Assembly (NCBI GenBank): GCA_964439445.1
Contig: CAYTOQ010000001.1
Span: 1-63,405 of the forward strand
Length of the DNA: 63,405 nt
Origin: an uncultured Clostridium sp.
GTDB taxonomy: Bacteria > Bacillota > Clostridia > Lachnospirales > Lachnospiraceae
Direction: 5' to 3'
This document shows, piece after piece, positions 27,238 to 36,904 of the stretch. The position numbers and the translations under genes are program-made. The first letter of the stretch is position 1; every line of letters begins with the position of its first letter. The notes beneath the pieces are model-generated. The model searched no databases and was not told where the DNA came from. It was given only the letters and a program-made list of their open reading frames with translations.

Positions 27238-28200
27238 ATGGCTACAGGAATTATTGGAACCGGAAGCTTTTTGCCACCAACAATTATTGATAACGATGAG
27301 TTGGCAAAGCTTGTAAAGACAAATGATGAATGGATTAGAGAGCATACGGGTATTGTGGAACGACACATTGCAACAGACGAGACTACATCCTATATGGGAG
27401 CAGAGGCTTCACTTGCAGCAATTGAGAATGCGGGTATTGACCCGAAGGAGATTGATTTGATTGTGTTTGCAACACTTTCAGGGGAACGTGCAACACCGAG
27501 TATGTCTTGTATTGTACAGGACAAGATTGGTGCTACCAATGCAACATGTTTTGATATTAATGCTGCATGTTCTGGTTTTGTATATGCGTTTCAGACGGCT
27601 GATGCATACATTAGAGCTGGTTTTGCAAAAACAGCCCTAATCATCGGTGCAGAGACACTTTCTAAGATGGTGGATTGGAAAGATCGTTCTACCTGTATTT
27701 TGTTTGCGGATGGTGCTGGTGCAGCAATTGTAAGAGATACGGGTCGAGGTGTAATTAGTAGCGTTACATTGAGTGATGGTAGTAAGGGTATGTCCTTGAA
27801 ATGTAAGGAACGTTCTACTAGAAACTTCCTTAATAAGAAGCAGGAGGACAAGCATTATATTCAGATGATTGGACCAGACATATTTAAGTTTGCAGTTCGT
27901 AAGGTTCCAGCATGTATTGATGTATTGTTAGAGAGAGCCAATTTAACAAAAGAGGATGTGGATTACTTTGTGTTACATCAAGCAAATGCAAGAATCATTT
28001 CTTCTGTTTCCACCAAAATGGGAGTTCCTATGGAGAAGTTCCCTATGAATGTAGATCATTGTGGTAATACATCGAGCGCATCAATACCAATTTTACTGGA
28101 TGAGATGAATCGTGAGGGTATGTTAAAGCAGGGAGACAAGATTGTAATCTGTGGCTTCGGTGGTGGTTTGACATGGGGAGCACAGTTGATTGAGTGGTAA
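27238..28200 (+). CDS. fabH: 3-oxoacyl-ACP synthase III
   Basis: It has the active-site Cys in NAACSGF, then HQAN and GNTSSASIP. The ATG at 27238 has an AAGAGG SD. Confidence 0.9.
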   Translation: MATGIIGTGSFLPPTIIDNDELAKLVKTNDEWIREHTGIVERHIATDETTSYMGAEASLAAIENAGIDPKEIDLIVFATLSGERATPSMSCIVQDKIGATNATCFDINAACSGFVYAFQTADAYIRAGFAKTALIIGAETLSKMVDWKDRSTCILFADGAGAAIVRDTGRGVISSVTLSDGSKGMSLKCKERSTRNFLNKKQEDKHYIQMIGPDIFKFAVRKVPACIDVLLERANLTKEDVDYFVLHQANARIISSVSTKMGVPMEKFPMNVDHCGNTSSASIPILLDEMNREGMLKQGDKIVICGFGGGLTWGAQLIEW

Positions 28201-28238
28201 GTAATGGTTTGAGAATAAAGGATAAGGAGAATTACGAA

Positions 28239-29165
28239 ATGGGCAAAGTTGCATTTATGTTCCCAGGACAGGGTGCGCAGTACGTTGGTATGGGAAAAGA
28301 ATTCTACGATAATAACGAAAAGAGTAAAGCTATTTTCGAAACTGCTTCTAAGGCAACAGGTCTTGATATTGAAGCCATTTGTTTTGAAGAAAATACAGAT
28401 ATTAATATTACAGAATATACACAGATTGCAATGCTTACCGCAGAGGTTGCCATGATGCAGGCTGTGTTAGATTTGGGAATTAAGCCGAATGTAACAGGTG
28501 GTTTATCTCTTGGTGAATATTCTGCATTAGTTGCATCAGGCGTGATGGATTTTGAAGATTGTGCGAAGGTGGTTCGTAAGCGTGGTATCTATATGCAGGA
28601 TGAGGTTCCAGCAGGTGAAGGTGCTATGGCTGCTGTCATTGCCTTAGACGCAGATAAGATTTTAGAGGTTTGTGAACAGGTAGATGGAATTGTTGGTATT
28701 GCAAACTATAACTGTCCAGGCCAGATTGCTATTTCTGGCGAAAAGGCCGCAGTAGAAAAGGCTTCTGAATTGTTGAAGGAGGCAGGTGCAAAGAGATGTA
28801 TTCCTTTAAATGTTAGCGGACCATTCCATTCCCCTATGCTTGTAGGTGCTGGTGAGAAGCTTGCAAAGGAATTAGAAAATGTGGAAATTCATGACATTGC
28901 TATTCCTTATGTAACAAATGTAACTGGTGATTTCGTAGCCGATAAGAATGAGGTTAAGGATTTACTTGCCACACAGGTTTCGAATTCAGTTAAGTGGATT
29001 CAATGTGTAGAAGCAATGCTTCGTGACGGTGTAGACACATTTGTTGAGATAGGGCCAGGAAAGACATTATCTTCTTTTGTTAAGAAGATTAACAAAGAGG
29101 TTACAATTGTAAATGTAGATAAGTATGAAGATTTAGAGAAGGTGAAAGAGGTATTTGGTCTCTAA
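28239..29165 (+). CDS. fabD: Malonyl-CoA:ACP transacylase
   Basis: [10 protein letters not shown], the [10 protein letters not shown] active-site Ser, and GPFHSP are present. Confidence 0.9.
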   Translation: MGKVAFMFPGQGAQYVGMGKEFYDNNEKSKAIFETASKATGLDIEAICFEENTDINITEYTQIAMLTAEVAMMQAVLDLGIKPNVTGGLSLGEYSALVASGVMDFEDCAKVVRKRGIYMQDEVPAGEGAMAAVIALDADKILEVCEQVDGIVGIANYNCPGQIAISGEKAAVEKASELLKEAGAKRCIPLNVSGPFHSPMLVGAGEKLAKELENVEIHDIAIPYVTNVTGDFVADKNEVKDLLATQVSNSVKWIQCVEAMLRDGVDTFVEIGPGKTLSSFVKKINKEVTIVNVDKYEDLEKVKEVFGL

Positions 29166-29178
29166 GAAGGAGGATGCT

Positions 29179-29919
29179 ATGTTAACAGGAAAAGTTGCAT
29201 TGGTAACTGGTGCAAGCCGTGGAATTGGAAAGTGCACAGCGATTACTCTTGCCTCTTATGGAGCAACCGTAATTGTAAACTATAATGGAAATAAGGAAAA
29301 GGCAGAAGAGGTTGTTGCTGAGATTACTGCAAATGGCGGAAAAGCGGTTACATATTGTTGTAATGTATCTGATTACGAGGCAGTAGAGAATATGATGAAG
29401 GATATTGTAAAGGAGCATGGTTCTTTGGATGTTCTTGTTAATAATGCAGGAATTACAAAGGATGGTCTTTTGATGAAGATGTCTGAGGCTGATTATGATG
29501 CGGTTCTTGATACAAACCTAAAGGGAACCTTTAATTGTATTAAGCATATTTCGCGTCAGATGTTAAAGCAGAAGTCTGGTCGAATTATTAACCTTTCGAG
29601 TGTGGTTGGTGTATATGGCAATGCGGGTCAGGTTAATTACTCTGCATCTAAGGCTGGTGTGATTGGTATTACAAAGTCTGTTGCAAAGGAATTAGGTTCA
29701 AGAGGAATTACGGTCAATGCAGTGGCTCCTGGATTTATTGTAACGGAGATGACAGATGCGATGCCGGAGGATGCAAAGAAACAGGTTGCGGAGCACATTG
29801 CTATGAAGCGCTTAGGGGATGTGAAGGATGTTGCGGAAATGGTAGCATTTTTGGCTTCTGATAAGGCAGCTTATGTAACTGGACAGGTTATCTGTGTAGA
29901 TGGTGGAATGTCGATGTGA
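29179..29919 (+). CDS. fabG: 3-oxoacyl-ACP reductase
   Basis: SDR motifs are present: [13 protein letters not shown] and YSASKAG. Confidence 0.9.
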   Translation: MLTGKVALVTGASRGIGKCTAITLASYGATVIVNYNGNKEKAEEVVAEITANGGKAVTYCCNVSDYEAVENMMKDIVKEHGSLDVLVNNAGITKDGLLMKMSEADYDAVLDTNLKGTFNCIKHISRQMLKQKSGRIINLSSVVGVYGNAGQVNYSASKAGVIGITKSVAKELGSRGITVNAVAPGFIVTEMTDAMPEDAKKQVAEHIAMKRLGDVKDVAEMVAFLASDKAAYVTGQVICVDGGMSM

Positions 29920-30015
29920 TTACATTCAGAGCCATACATGAGATAAATGTGAAGCATTTTCGAATGGGCTTTGAACGTGTTTTGATTAAAATGATGATGT
30001 AAAAAGGAGTATGTT

Positions 30016-31257
30016 ATGAGACGAGTTGTTGTGACAGGAATGGGTGCAATTACACCAATTGGCTTAAGTGTAGATGAGTTTTGGAAAAGTGTTAAGGAAA
30101 GTAAGGTTGGTATTGGTCCAATTACGAAATTCGAGCCGGGTGACTTTAAGGTACACTTAGCGGCGGAGATTAAGGATTTTGTTGCAAAAGACTTTATGGA
30201 TGCAAAGGCTGCAAAGAGAATGGAAGAGTTTGTTCAGTACGCAGTTGCAGCTACGAAGGAGGCTATGGAGCATGCTGGACTTGATATGGAAAAGGAAGAT
30301 CCATATCGTGTAGGTATTGCTATGGGTTCTGGTACAGGAAGCTTGCAGACGATTGAACGTAACGTATATCGCATTCAGTCTAAGGGAATTAACCGTATGG
30401 AGCCATTAGCAGTTCCTTTGATGATTTCTAATATGGCTGCTGGTAATGTATCTATTCAGTTTGGTTTAAAGGGTAAGTCGATTAATGTTGTAACGGCGTG
30501 TGCATCAGGAAATCATAATATTGGTGAAGCCTATCGTACCATTCAGTATGGTGACGCAGATGTTATGATTGCTGGTGGTGCAGAAGCAGCGGTTTGTCCG
30601 GTAAGTATGGGTGGCTTTCATGCGTTGACAGCACTTAACACAACAGATGATCCAACCCGTGCGTCAATCCCATTTGATAAGGATAGAGCTGGTTTTGTTC
30701 TTGGTGAGGGTGCCGGCGTTGTCGTACTTGAAGAATTAGAGCATGCAAAAGCAAGAGGAGCTAAGATTTTGGCTGAGGTTATTGGATATGCAGCTACTTC
30801 TGATGCATATCATATTACTTCTCCTGCTGAGGATGGAATGGGTGCTGCGAATGCTATGATTTTTGCTATGAAGGATGCTGGAATTGAGCCTTTAGATGTA
30901 GATTACATCAATGCACATGGTACATCGACACATCACAATGATTTGTTTGAAACAAGAGCGATTAAGATTGCTATGGGTGATGCTCAGAATAAGCCGCTTA
31001 TTAGCTCTACAAAGTCTATGGTAGGACATTTGCTAGGTGCAGCAGGTGGTGTTGAATTTATTACTTGTGTGAAGTCCATTCAGGATGGATATATTCATGA
31101 AAATGTTGGTCTTCGCGAGTTGGATGACCCGGAAGAGTTCTCTTTGAACTATGTTAAGGATCAGGGTGTAAATATGGATGTCAATGTATGTATGTCTAAC
31201 TCATTAGGTTTTGGTGGACACAATGCAACTCTTATCGTGAAGAAGTATACAGAATAG
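30016..31257 (+). CDS. fabF: 3-oxoacyl-ACP synthase II
   Basis: RVVVTGMG, the active-site Cys in VTACASG, HGTST and GHLLGAAG are present. Confidence 0.95.
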   Translation: MRRVVVTGMGAITPIGLSVDEFWKSVKESKVGIGPITKFEPGDFKVHLAAEIKDFVAKDFMDAKAAKRMEEFVQYAVAATKEAMEHAGLDMEKEDPYRVGIAMGSGTGSLQTIERNVYRIQSKGINRMEPLAVPLMISNMAAGNVSIQFGLKGKSINVVTACASGNHNIGEAYRTIQYGDADVMIAGGAEAAVCPVSMGGFHALTALNTTDDPTRASIPFDKDRAGFVLGEGAGVVVLEELEHAKARGAKILAEVIGYAATSDAYHITSPAEDGMGAANAMIFAMKDAGIEPLDVDYINAHGTSTHHNDLFETRAIKIAMGDAQNKPLISSTKSMVGHLLGAAGGVEFITCVKSIQDGYIHENVGLRELDDPEEFSLNYVKDQGVNMDVNVCMSNSLGFGGHNATLIVKKYTE

Positions 31258-31334
31258 TAGTAAATTGTATGGTAAGCAAGCGTTTTTCGCTATACATTTT
31301 ACGAATCTTTTGTTAAAATACAATATGTGAGTGA

Positions 31335-31384
31335 AGAAAAAGGCTCTTATTTCAGATATATGAAGTAATGTGCCTTTTTCTTTC
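31335..31384 (+). terminator. Possible weak terminator/attenuator hairpin between fabF and fabZ
   Basis: AGAAAAAGGC - 27 nt loop - GCCTTTTTCT, followed by TTC. The large loop makes this low confidence. Confidence 0.3.
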
Positions 31385-31463
31385 ATACATGTAAGCAGTC
31401 CTGACCTGGAGATTGGCAGGGTGCAAACGAATTATATTACATATCATTTAGGAGGATGAAATT

Positions 31464-31889
31464 ATGGAATTAGATATTAAACAGATTATGGAGATTATAC
31501 CTCATAGACAACCGTTTCTTTTGATTGACAGAGTGACAGAGTTGGTTCCAGGACAGTCAATAAAAGGATATAAGAATTTATCTTACAATGAGCCTTTTTT
31601 TGCTGGTCATTTTCCAACAGAGCCAGTTATGCCAGGTGTACTTCAGATTGAGGCGTTGGCACAGCTTGGTGCGGTGGCTGTTTTGTCTATGGAAGAGAAT
31701 AAGGGAAAGATTGCTTATTTTGCAGGTGTAAAGGAAGCAAAGTTTAAACAGAAGGTTGTTCCTGGTGACCGTTTGGATTTGGAATGTGAAATTATCAAAA
31801 TTAAAGGTCCATTGGGAATCGGAGCAGTAAAGGCCTCTGTAAATGGAAAACTTGCGTGCAAAGCTGAAATTTCATTTATGATAGGTTAA
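31464..31889 (+). CDS. fabZ: 3-hydroxyacyl-ACP dehydratase
   Basis: IPHRQPFLLIDRV, FFAGHFP..PVMPGVL and IEALAQ are present. Confidence 0.9.
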   Translation: MELDIKQIMEIIPHRQPFLLIDRVTELVPGQSIKGYKNLSYNEPFFAGHFPTEPVMPGVLQIEALAQLGAVAVLSMEENKGKIAYFAGVKEAKFKQKVVPGDRLDLECEIIKIKGPLGIGAVKASVNGKLACKAEISFMIG

Positions 31890-31894
31890 GGGTT

Positions 31895-32965
31895 ATGAGA
31901 GTGTATATTAGATTAGAAAAAGTGATATATGCATTTATCATTTTAATTGGTATCGTTGTATTTGTTTATTTTGCAATGCGTACAATTCAGCAACCGGATG
32001 TTGATGTAGAATCAAAGGTTTATTCCGGCACGGCTATGGGTACGGCTGTTAAAAAAACGTTATATATGACAGATATTGAAAGAAGCGAAGAGATTGATAA
32101 ACTTATCGATGATACTTTGTTAGAGTTAGAACGACAAATTTCTGTACGTGAAGAAAATTCGGAAATTTCAAGGTTGAATCGTATTTATGCGACGGGTGGT
32201 ATCTTTGAATTGTCGGACAAGGTTAGAGGTTATTTACAACAAGAAATGCAGATTTGTAAGGAGTCAGATGGTGCGCTTTCGATGTGCATTTATCCTGTTT
32301 CTTCTTTATGGGGAATTGAGGATGGTGCGAATAGTGTTCCGGATGAAGATGCAATTGAAGAAGCCTTGTCTTATACCGATTTAAACGATGTTGAAATAGT
32401 TGACAATGGTGTGATTTTGCAAAGTAATAATATGTCCATTGATTTAGGTGCGGTGGGAAAAGGAATTGCATGTGATGAGGTGATGATGCAGTTAGAAGCA
32501 TCTGATATCCAAGGGGCTGTTATTTCGATTGGTGGCAGTGTGTTAGCTTATGGAAACAAGGGGGATGGAAAAGAATGGCACATTGGCATTCAGGATCCGA
32601 GAGGTGCTGAAGGTGAAGTGCTAGGAATTGTAGATGTGGAAGAAAATACAATGATTTCAACCTCCGGTGATTATGAAAAATATTTTGAAGCAGATGGAAA
32701 ACGTTATCATCATATTTTTGATCCGGCTACGGGATATCCGGTAGATAATGGATTGATTTCGGTAACTATTATTTGCGATAATGGGTTAATGTCAGATGCT
32801 ATGTCTACAGCTTGTTTTGTAATGGGATTAGAAAAGGGAATGGCTTACGCGGAGGAAAAGGAAGTAGAGGCTATTTTCGTAACAGAGGATAAAAAGGTGT
32901 ACATTACAGATGGTTTGAAGAAGCAGTTTCGTTTGCAGACGGAGGAATATGTGATAAGCAAATAA
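31895..32965 (+). CDS. apbE: FAD:protein FMN transferase (ApbE family), membrane-anchored
   Basis: An N-terminal TM is followed by GTAMGT, DLGAVGKG, STSGDYEKYF and HHIFDPATGYP. Confidence 0.85.
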   Translation: MRVYIRLEKVIYAFIILIGIVVFVYFAMRTIQQPDVDVESKVYSGTAMGTAVKKTLYMTDIERSEEIDKLIDDTLLELERQISVREENSEISRLNRIYATGGIFELSDKVRGYLQQEMQICKESDGALSMCIYPVSSLWGIEDGANSVPDEDAIEEALSYTDLNDVEIVDNGVILQSNNMSIDLGAVGKGIACDEVMMQLEASDIQGAVISIGGSVLAYGNKGDGKEWHIGIQDPRGAEGEVLGIVDVEENTMISTSGDYEKYFEADGKRYHHIFDPATGYPVDNGLISVTIICDNGLMSDAMSTACFVMGLEKGMAYAEEKEVEAIFVTEDKKVYITDGLKKQFRLQTEEYVISK

Positions 32966-32987
32966 TGTGGATTGTGAGTACGTTAGA

Positions 32988-33365
32988 ATGAGAGAGAGAA
33001 CAAAGCTAAAAAAGGGTGATATCATTATTATAGTTGTTGCGATTGTGTTGGTTCTTGTTCTAGGGACTCTCCTTTATTATCAAGAAAAAGGAAATCTTGT
33101 GCATATTATCATTCAGGATAAGACATATACGTATTCTATGTCGGAGGAGCAAAATATTGTGGTATCAGAAATAACAGATTCTCCCTTGGGAGAAAACACG
33201 ATTTGCATAGAAGCAGGAAGTGTGTATATGAAGTATGCGGATTGCCCGGATCAAATATGCGTAAAGCATAAGGCAATTTCAAAAAATGGAGAAATGATAG
33301 TGTGTTTGCCTAATAAAGTATTTATTCAAATAGAAAATGCAAACAGAAATGAGATTGATAATTAA
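32988..33365 (+). CDS. NusG domain II-containing membrane-anchored protein
   Basis: It has one TM helix plus a C-terminal CPDQICVKHKAISKNGEMIVCLPNKVFIQIE, typical of the NusG_II family often found next to Gx transporters and ApbE. Confidence 0.65.
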   Translation: MRERTKLKKGDIIIIVVAIVLVLVLGTLLYYQEKGNLVHIIIQDKTYTYSMSEEQNIVVSEITDSPLGENTICIEAGSVYMKYADCPDQICVKHKAISKNGEMIVCLPNKVFIQIENANRNEIDN

Positions 33366-33377
33366 TAAGAGGCGCTT

Positions 33378-33875
33378 ATGAAAACAAAAAGAATAACACA
33401 ATTAGGTATGTTGCTGGCTGTTTCGTTGGTATTATCCTATTTGGAAACGCTATTGCCGGTTGTGGTTGCCGTGCCAGGAGTCAAACTTGGGTTGGCAAAT
33501 ATTATTACAATGTTGCTGTTATATCGAACAAATGCCTGGAATACTTTTTTGTTTATGGGTATGCGTGTGATTCTGTCTGGATTTTTGTTTTCGGGAATAT
33601 CAGGTATGATTTATAGTATTGCAGGAGGAATCTTTTGCATTGTTGTGATGAGTATAGTAAAACGATTTCCGTTCTTTTCAATAATCGGTGTCAGTATGGC
33701 TGGTGCCATTGCTCACAATATCGGACAGGTGGTTGTTGCTGTAATCATTATGGAAAATGTACATTTATTATATTATGCACTGGTGCTTTGCGTTTCGGGA
33801 ACCTGTAGTGGCTTGTTGATGGGATATATAACAGCGTTGATTTTGAAAAGATATATTGCATTATTTGAGGACTAG
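33378..33875 (+). CDS. Gx transporter family protein (heptaprenyl diphosphate synthase component I-like)
   Basis: It is 165 aa with about 5 TM segments. LPGVKLGLANIITM is a family-typical motif. It neighbours the NusG_II gene. Confidence 0.65.
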   Translation: MKTKRITQLGMLLAVSLVLSYLETLLPVVVAVPGVKLGLANIITMLLLYRTNAWNTFLFMGMRVILSGFLFSGISGMIYSIAGGIFCIVVMSIVKRFPFFSIIGVSMAGAIAHNIGQVVVAVIIMENVHLLYYALVLCVSGTCSGLLMGYITALILKRYIALFED

Positions 33876-34026
33876 CGAAAGACTGGTCCTTTTTTGTTGC
33901 AAAAAAGGGGCAAACAATCTAGCAAAAACACGCTAAATGTTGTATAATTAGAACAGTTTTACAATCTACATCTTGTGGGGTGGATTGTTTGATAAGACGT
34001 TAACAAAAGGATTGTGAGGTAGTGCC

Positions 34027-35349
34027 ATGGGTTTATTAACATTTACAGGAGGAATCCATCCTTATGATGGTAAGGACCTGTCAAAAGACAAAGCAATCAG
34101 TGAGTATCTGCCAAAAGGAGATGCCGTATATCCATTATCTCAGCATATTGGTGCTCCGGCAGCTCCACTTGTAAAAAAGGGCGACAAGGTTTTGGTAGGA
34201 CAAAAAATTGCTGAAGCGGGCGGATTTGTTTCTGCAAATATTCATTCGGGTGTTTCGGGAACAGTTAAGACGATAGAGCCGCGCATGACAGTTTCTGGCA
34301 ACAAGGTAGAATCTATTGTGATTGAAAATGATGGCTTGTTTGAAGAAATTGATTTTTCTAAAAACATTAAACCATTGGATGAGATGTATCGCGAGGATGT
34401 AAAGGAAGCAATTAAGGAAGCTGGAATTGTTGGTATGGGTGGTGCAGGTTTTCCTACCCACGTTAAGCTTTCTCCAAAGAACGAGGATGCAATTGATACA
34501 ATTATTGTCAATGGTGCAGAATGTGAACCATATTTAACCTCTGATTATAGAAGGATGATAGAGGTCCCGGAAAAGATTGTTACTGGTCTTCAGATTATTG
34601 TGAATTTGTTTGACAATGCCAAAGGTATTATTGCAATCGAGGATAATAAGCCGGATGCAATTAAGAAGCTGCAGGAGTTGACGAAGGATATTGACAATAT
34701 CACAGTGAATGCAGTGAAGACAAAGTATCCACAAGGAGCGGAGCGGCAGCTAATTTATGCAAATACAGGTAGACAGATTAATTCGTCTATGTTGCCGGCT
34801 GATGCGGGGTGTATCGTTCATAATATTGACACAATTGTTGCAATTTACAATGCAATAATTGAAGGCAGACCATTATATGAACGTATAGTGACTGTTACAG
34901 GTGATGCAGTAAATGATACCGCAAATTTCAGTGTTCGTTTAGGAACGAATGCACAAGAATTGATTGATGCAGTCGGCGGTTTTAATATTGAGGATCCAGG
35001 TAAGATTATATCTGGTGGTCCAATGATGGGAAAAGCAATGTTTACATTAGATGTGCCGATGGTGAAGGGGTCATCTGCATTGTTGTGTTTCCAGGAGGAT
35101 ATTATATCAGCTTTGGAACCATCCAATTGTATTCGTTGTGGCAGGTGTGTTGAGGTATGTCCTGGCAGAGTAATGCCGAATAAGCTTGCAACGTTAGCGG
35201 AGCATGGAGATGTAGAAGGTTTTTTAAAGTATGATGGTATGGAATGTTGTGAATGTGGTTGTTGTTCCTTTATATGTCCTGCAAAGCGTCATTTGACACA
35301 GATTATCGCTGGTACTCGTAAACAGATTTTAGCGAATAAGAAGAAGTAA
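34027..35349 (+). CDS. rnfC: Rnf electron transport complex subunit C
   Basis: GIVGMGGAGFPTHVKL and NGAECEPYLTSDYR are present, along with two 4Fe-4S motifs (CIRCGRCVEVCP and CCECGCCSFICP). Confidence 0.9.
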   Translation: MGLLTFTGGIHPYDGKDLSKDKAISEYLPKGDAVYPLSQHIGAPAAPLVKKGDKVLVGQKIAEAGGFVSANIHSGVSGTVKTIEPRMTVSGNKVESIVIENDGLFEEIDFSKNIKPLDEMYREDVKEAIKEAGIVGMGGAGFPTHVKLSPKNEDAIDTIIVNGAECEPYLTSDYRRMIEVPEKIVTGLQIIVNLFDNAKGIIAIEDNKPDAIKKLQELTKDIDNITVNAVKTKYPQGAERQLIYANTGRQINSSMLPADAGCIVHNIDTIVAIYNAIIEGRPLYERIVTVTGDAVNDTANFSVRLGTNAQELIDAVGGFNIEDPGKIISGGPMMGKAMFTLDVPMVKGSSALLCFQEDIISALEPSNCIRCGRCVEVCPGRVMPNKLATLAEHGDVEGFLKYDGMECCECGCCSFICPAKRHLTQIIAGTRKQILANKKK

Positions 35350-35374
35350 GGAGGTGGACATTTTGGAGTATACA

Positions 35375-36307
35375 ATGAAGATTTCTTCGTCTCCACACAT
35401 TAGAGATAAGGAGACAACTACGAATATTATGGGAAAGGTTATTGTTGCCTTAATGCCTGCCACGATTTTTGGCGTATATAACTTTGGAGTGGATGCGTTA
35501 ATTACCATTTTGATTACGGTTATTAGTTGCGTTATTTTTGAGGCGGGATACCAGAAATTATTTGGTATTAAGGTGACAATTAAGGACTTGTCAGCAGTAT
35601 TAACCGGATTGTTGTTAGCACTTAATTTACCGCCTGAGGTTCCGTTTTGGTTACCGGTGATTGGTAGTTTTTTTGCTATCATTGTGGTAAAGCAATTGTT
35701 TGGTGGATTGGGACAGAATTTTATGAATCCTGCATTGGGAGCAAGATGCTTTTTACTCATTTCGTTCACAGGTAGAATGACAACCTTTACTTATGATGCG
35801 ATTACTGCAGCAACTCCGCTTGCGGACTTAAAAGCGGGTGAAAATGTAGATGTGCTGTCTATGGCAATTGGTACAATTCCTGGAACGATAGGAGAGACCT
35901 CTGCTATTGCGCTAATTATTGGAGGTTTGTTCCTTATTATTTTGAAAATAATTGATTTTCGAATTCCGCTTTTTTATATTGGGTCCTTTTCCGTGTTTAT
36001 TATGATATATGCATTGGCGAGTGGACGCGGTTTTGATGTAACCTTTTTATTGGCGCATTTGTTTGGTGGCGGTTTGATGCTTGGCGCCTTCTTTATGGCT
36101 ACGGATTATGTTACTTCTCCAATTACTCCGTTTGGACGTATTCTGTTTGGTGTATTATTGGGATTGTTGACTTTTTTGTTCCGTATATATGGAGGTTCTG
36201 CAGAGGGCGTTTCCTATGCGATTATTATTGGCAATTTGTTAGTGCCGTTAATTGAGCGCATAACGGTTCCGAAATCCTTTGGGAAGGGGGCTGTAAAACA
36301 TGAGTAG
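35375..36307 (+). CDS. rnfD: Rnf complex subunit D
   Basis: SSPHIR, FGGLGQNFMNPAL, the FMATDYVTSP flavinylation region, and a polytopic membrane layout are present. Confidence 0.9.
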   Translation: MKISSSPHIRDKETTTNIMGKVIVALMPATIFGVYNFGVDALITILITVISCVIFEAGYQKLFGIKVTIKDLSAVLTGLLLALNLPPEVPFWLPVIGSFFAIIVVKQLFGGLGQNFMNPALGARCFLLISFTGRMTTFTYDAITAATPLADLKAGENVDVLSMAIGTIPGTIGETSAIALIIGGLFLIILKIIDFRIPLFYIGSFSVFIMIYALASGRGFDVTFLLAHLFGGGLMLGAFFMATDYVTSPITPFGRILFGVLLGLLTFLFRIYGGSAEGVSYAIIIGNLLVPLIERITVPKSFGKGAVKHE

Positions 36308-36893
36308 TGAAAGTATTAAGAATACCATTTCTTTGATGGTAATAACCTTGATTGCAGGTTTGTTGTTAGGTGTAGTATATGAGATTACAAAAGAACCGAT
36401 AGCAACAGAACAAAAGCGTGCGAAGGAAGAAGCATACAAGATGGTTTTTGCTGATGCTGATTCCTTTGAAACCATCGATTTGGACATAGTAAATGTGGAA
36501 AAAGCTCTTTTGGATAATGGATATGATGTGACTGTAAATGAAGCAATGAGAGTATTCAATTCATCAGGTGATTTAGCTGGATATGTTTTGACTGTAACTG
36601 ACCATGAGGGTTATGGTGGGGATATTCAATTTGCAATGGGCGTAAAGTCGGATGGTACGGTGAATGGGATTTCGTTTCTTTCCATTGCAGAAACTGCTGG
36701 TCTTGGTATGAAGGCGGCAGAGGATGAGTTTATGAAGCAGTTTGCAGGAAAAAAGGTTGAGAGCTTCCAATACACCAAGAATGGTGCTTCGGCAGATAGT
36801 GAGATTGACGCGATTTCTGGAGCGACGATTACTACAAATGCTGTTGTGAATGGTGTAAATGCCGGTCTTTATTATATTAGTACGCTAGAATAG
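36300..36893 (+). CDS. rnfG: Rnf complex subunit G (FMN-binding)
   Basis: It has an N-terminal TM, ETAGLG, and a SGATITTNAV FMN attachment motif. It overlaps the rnfD stop by 8 nt. Confidence 0.85.
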   Translation: MSSESIKNTISLMVITLIAGLLLGVVYEITKEPIATEQKRAKEEAYKMVFADADSFETIDLDIVNVEKALLDNGYDVTVNEAMRVFNSSGDLAGYVLTVTDHEGYGGDIQFAMGVKSDGTVNGISFLSIAETAGLGMKAAEDEFMKQFAGKKVESFQYTKNGASADSEIDAISGATITTNAVVNGVNAGLYYISTLE

Positions 36894-36904
36894 GAGGTAG
36901 GAGA

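Noticed and set aside
29920-30015. Expected acpP between fabG and fabF
   Set aside because: The gap is 96 nt, with stops in all frames. There is no DSL-motif peptide.
33888-33908. Terminator after the Gx transporter gene (CCTTTTTTG-ttg-CAAAAAAGG)
   Set aside because: The stem is almost entirely A-U, the loop is 3 nt, and there is no trailing U-tract. It is too weak to call. It may still mark the boundary before the rnf promoter, where a TGTATAAT-like -10 lies near 33940.
35329-35769. 146-aa minus-strand ORF overlapping the rnfC end and rnfD start
   Set aside because: It is antisense to the strongly supported rnfD. It has no recognisable motif or SD sequence. It is a shadow ORF.
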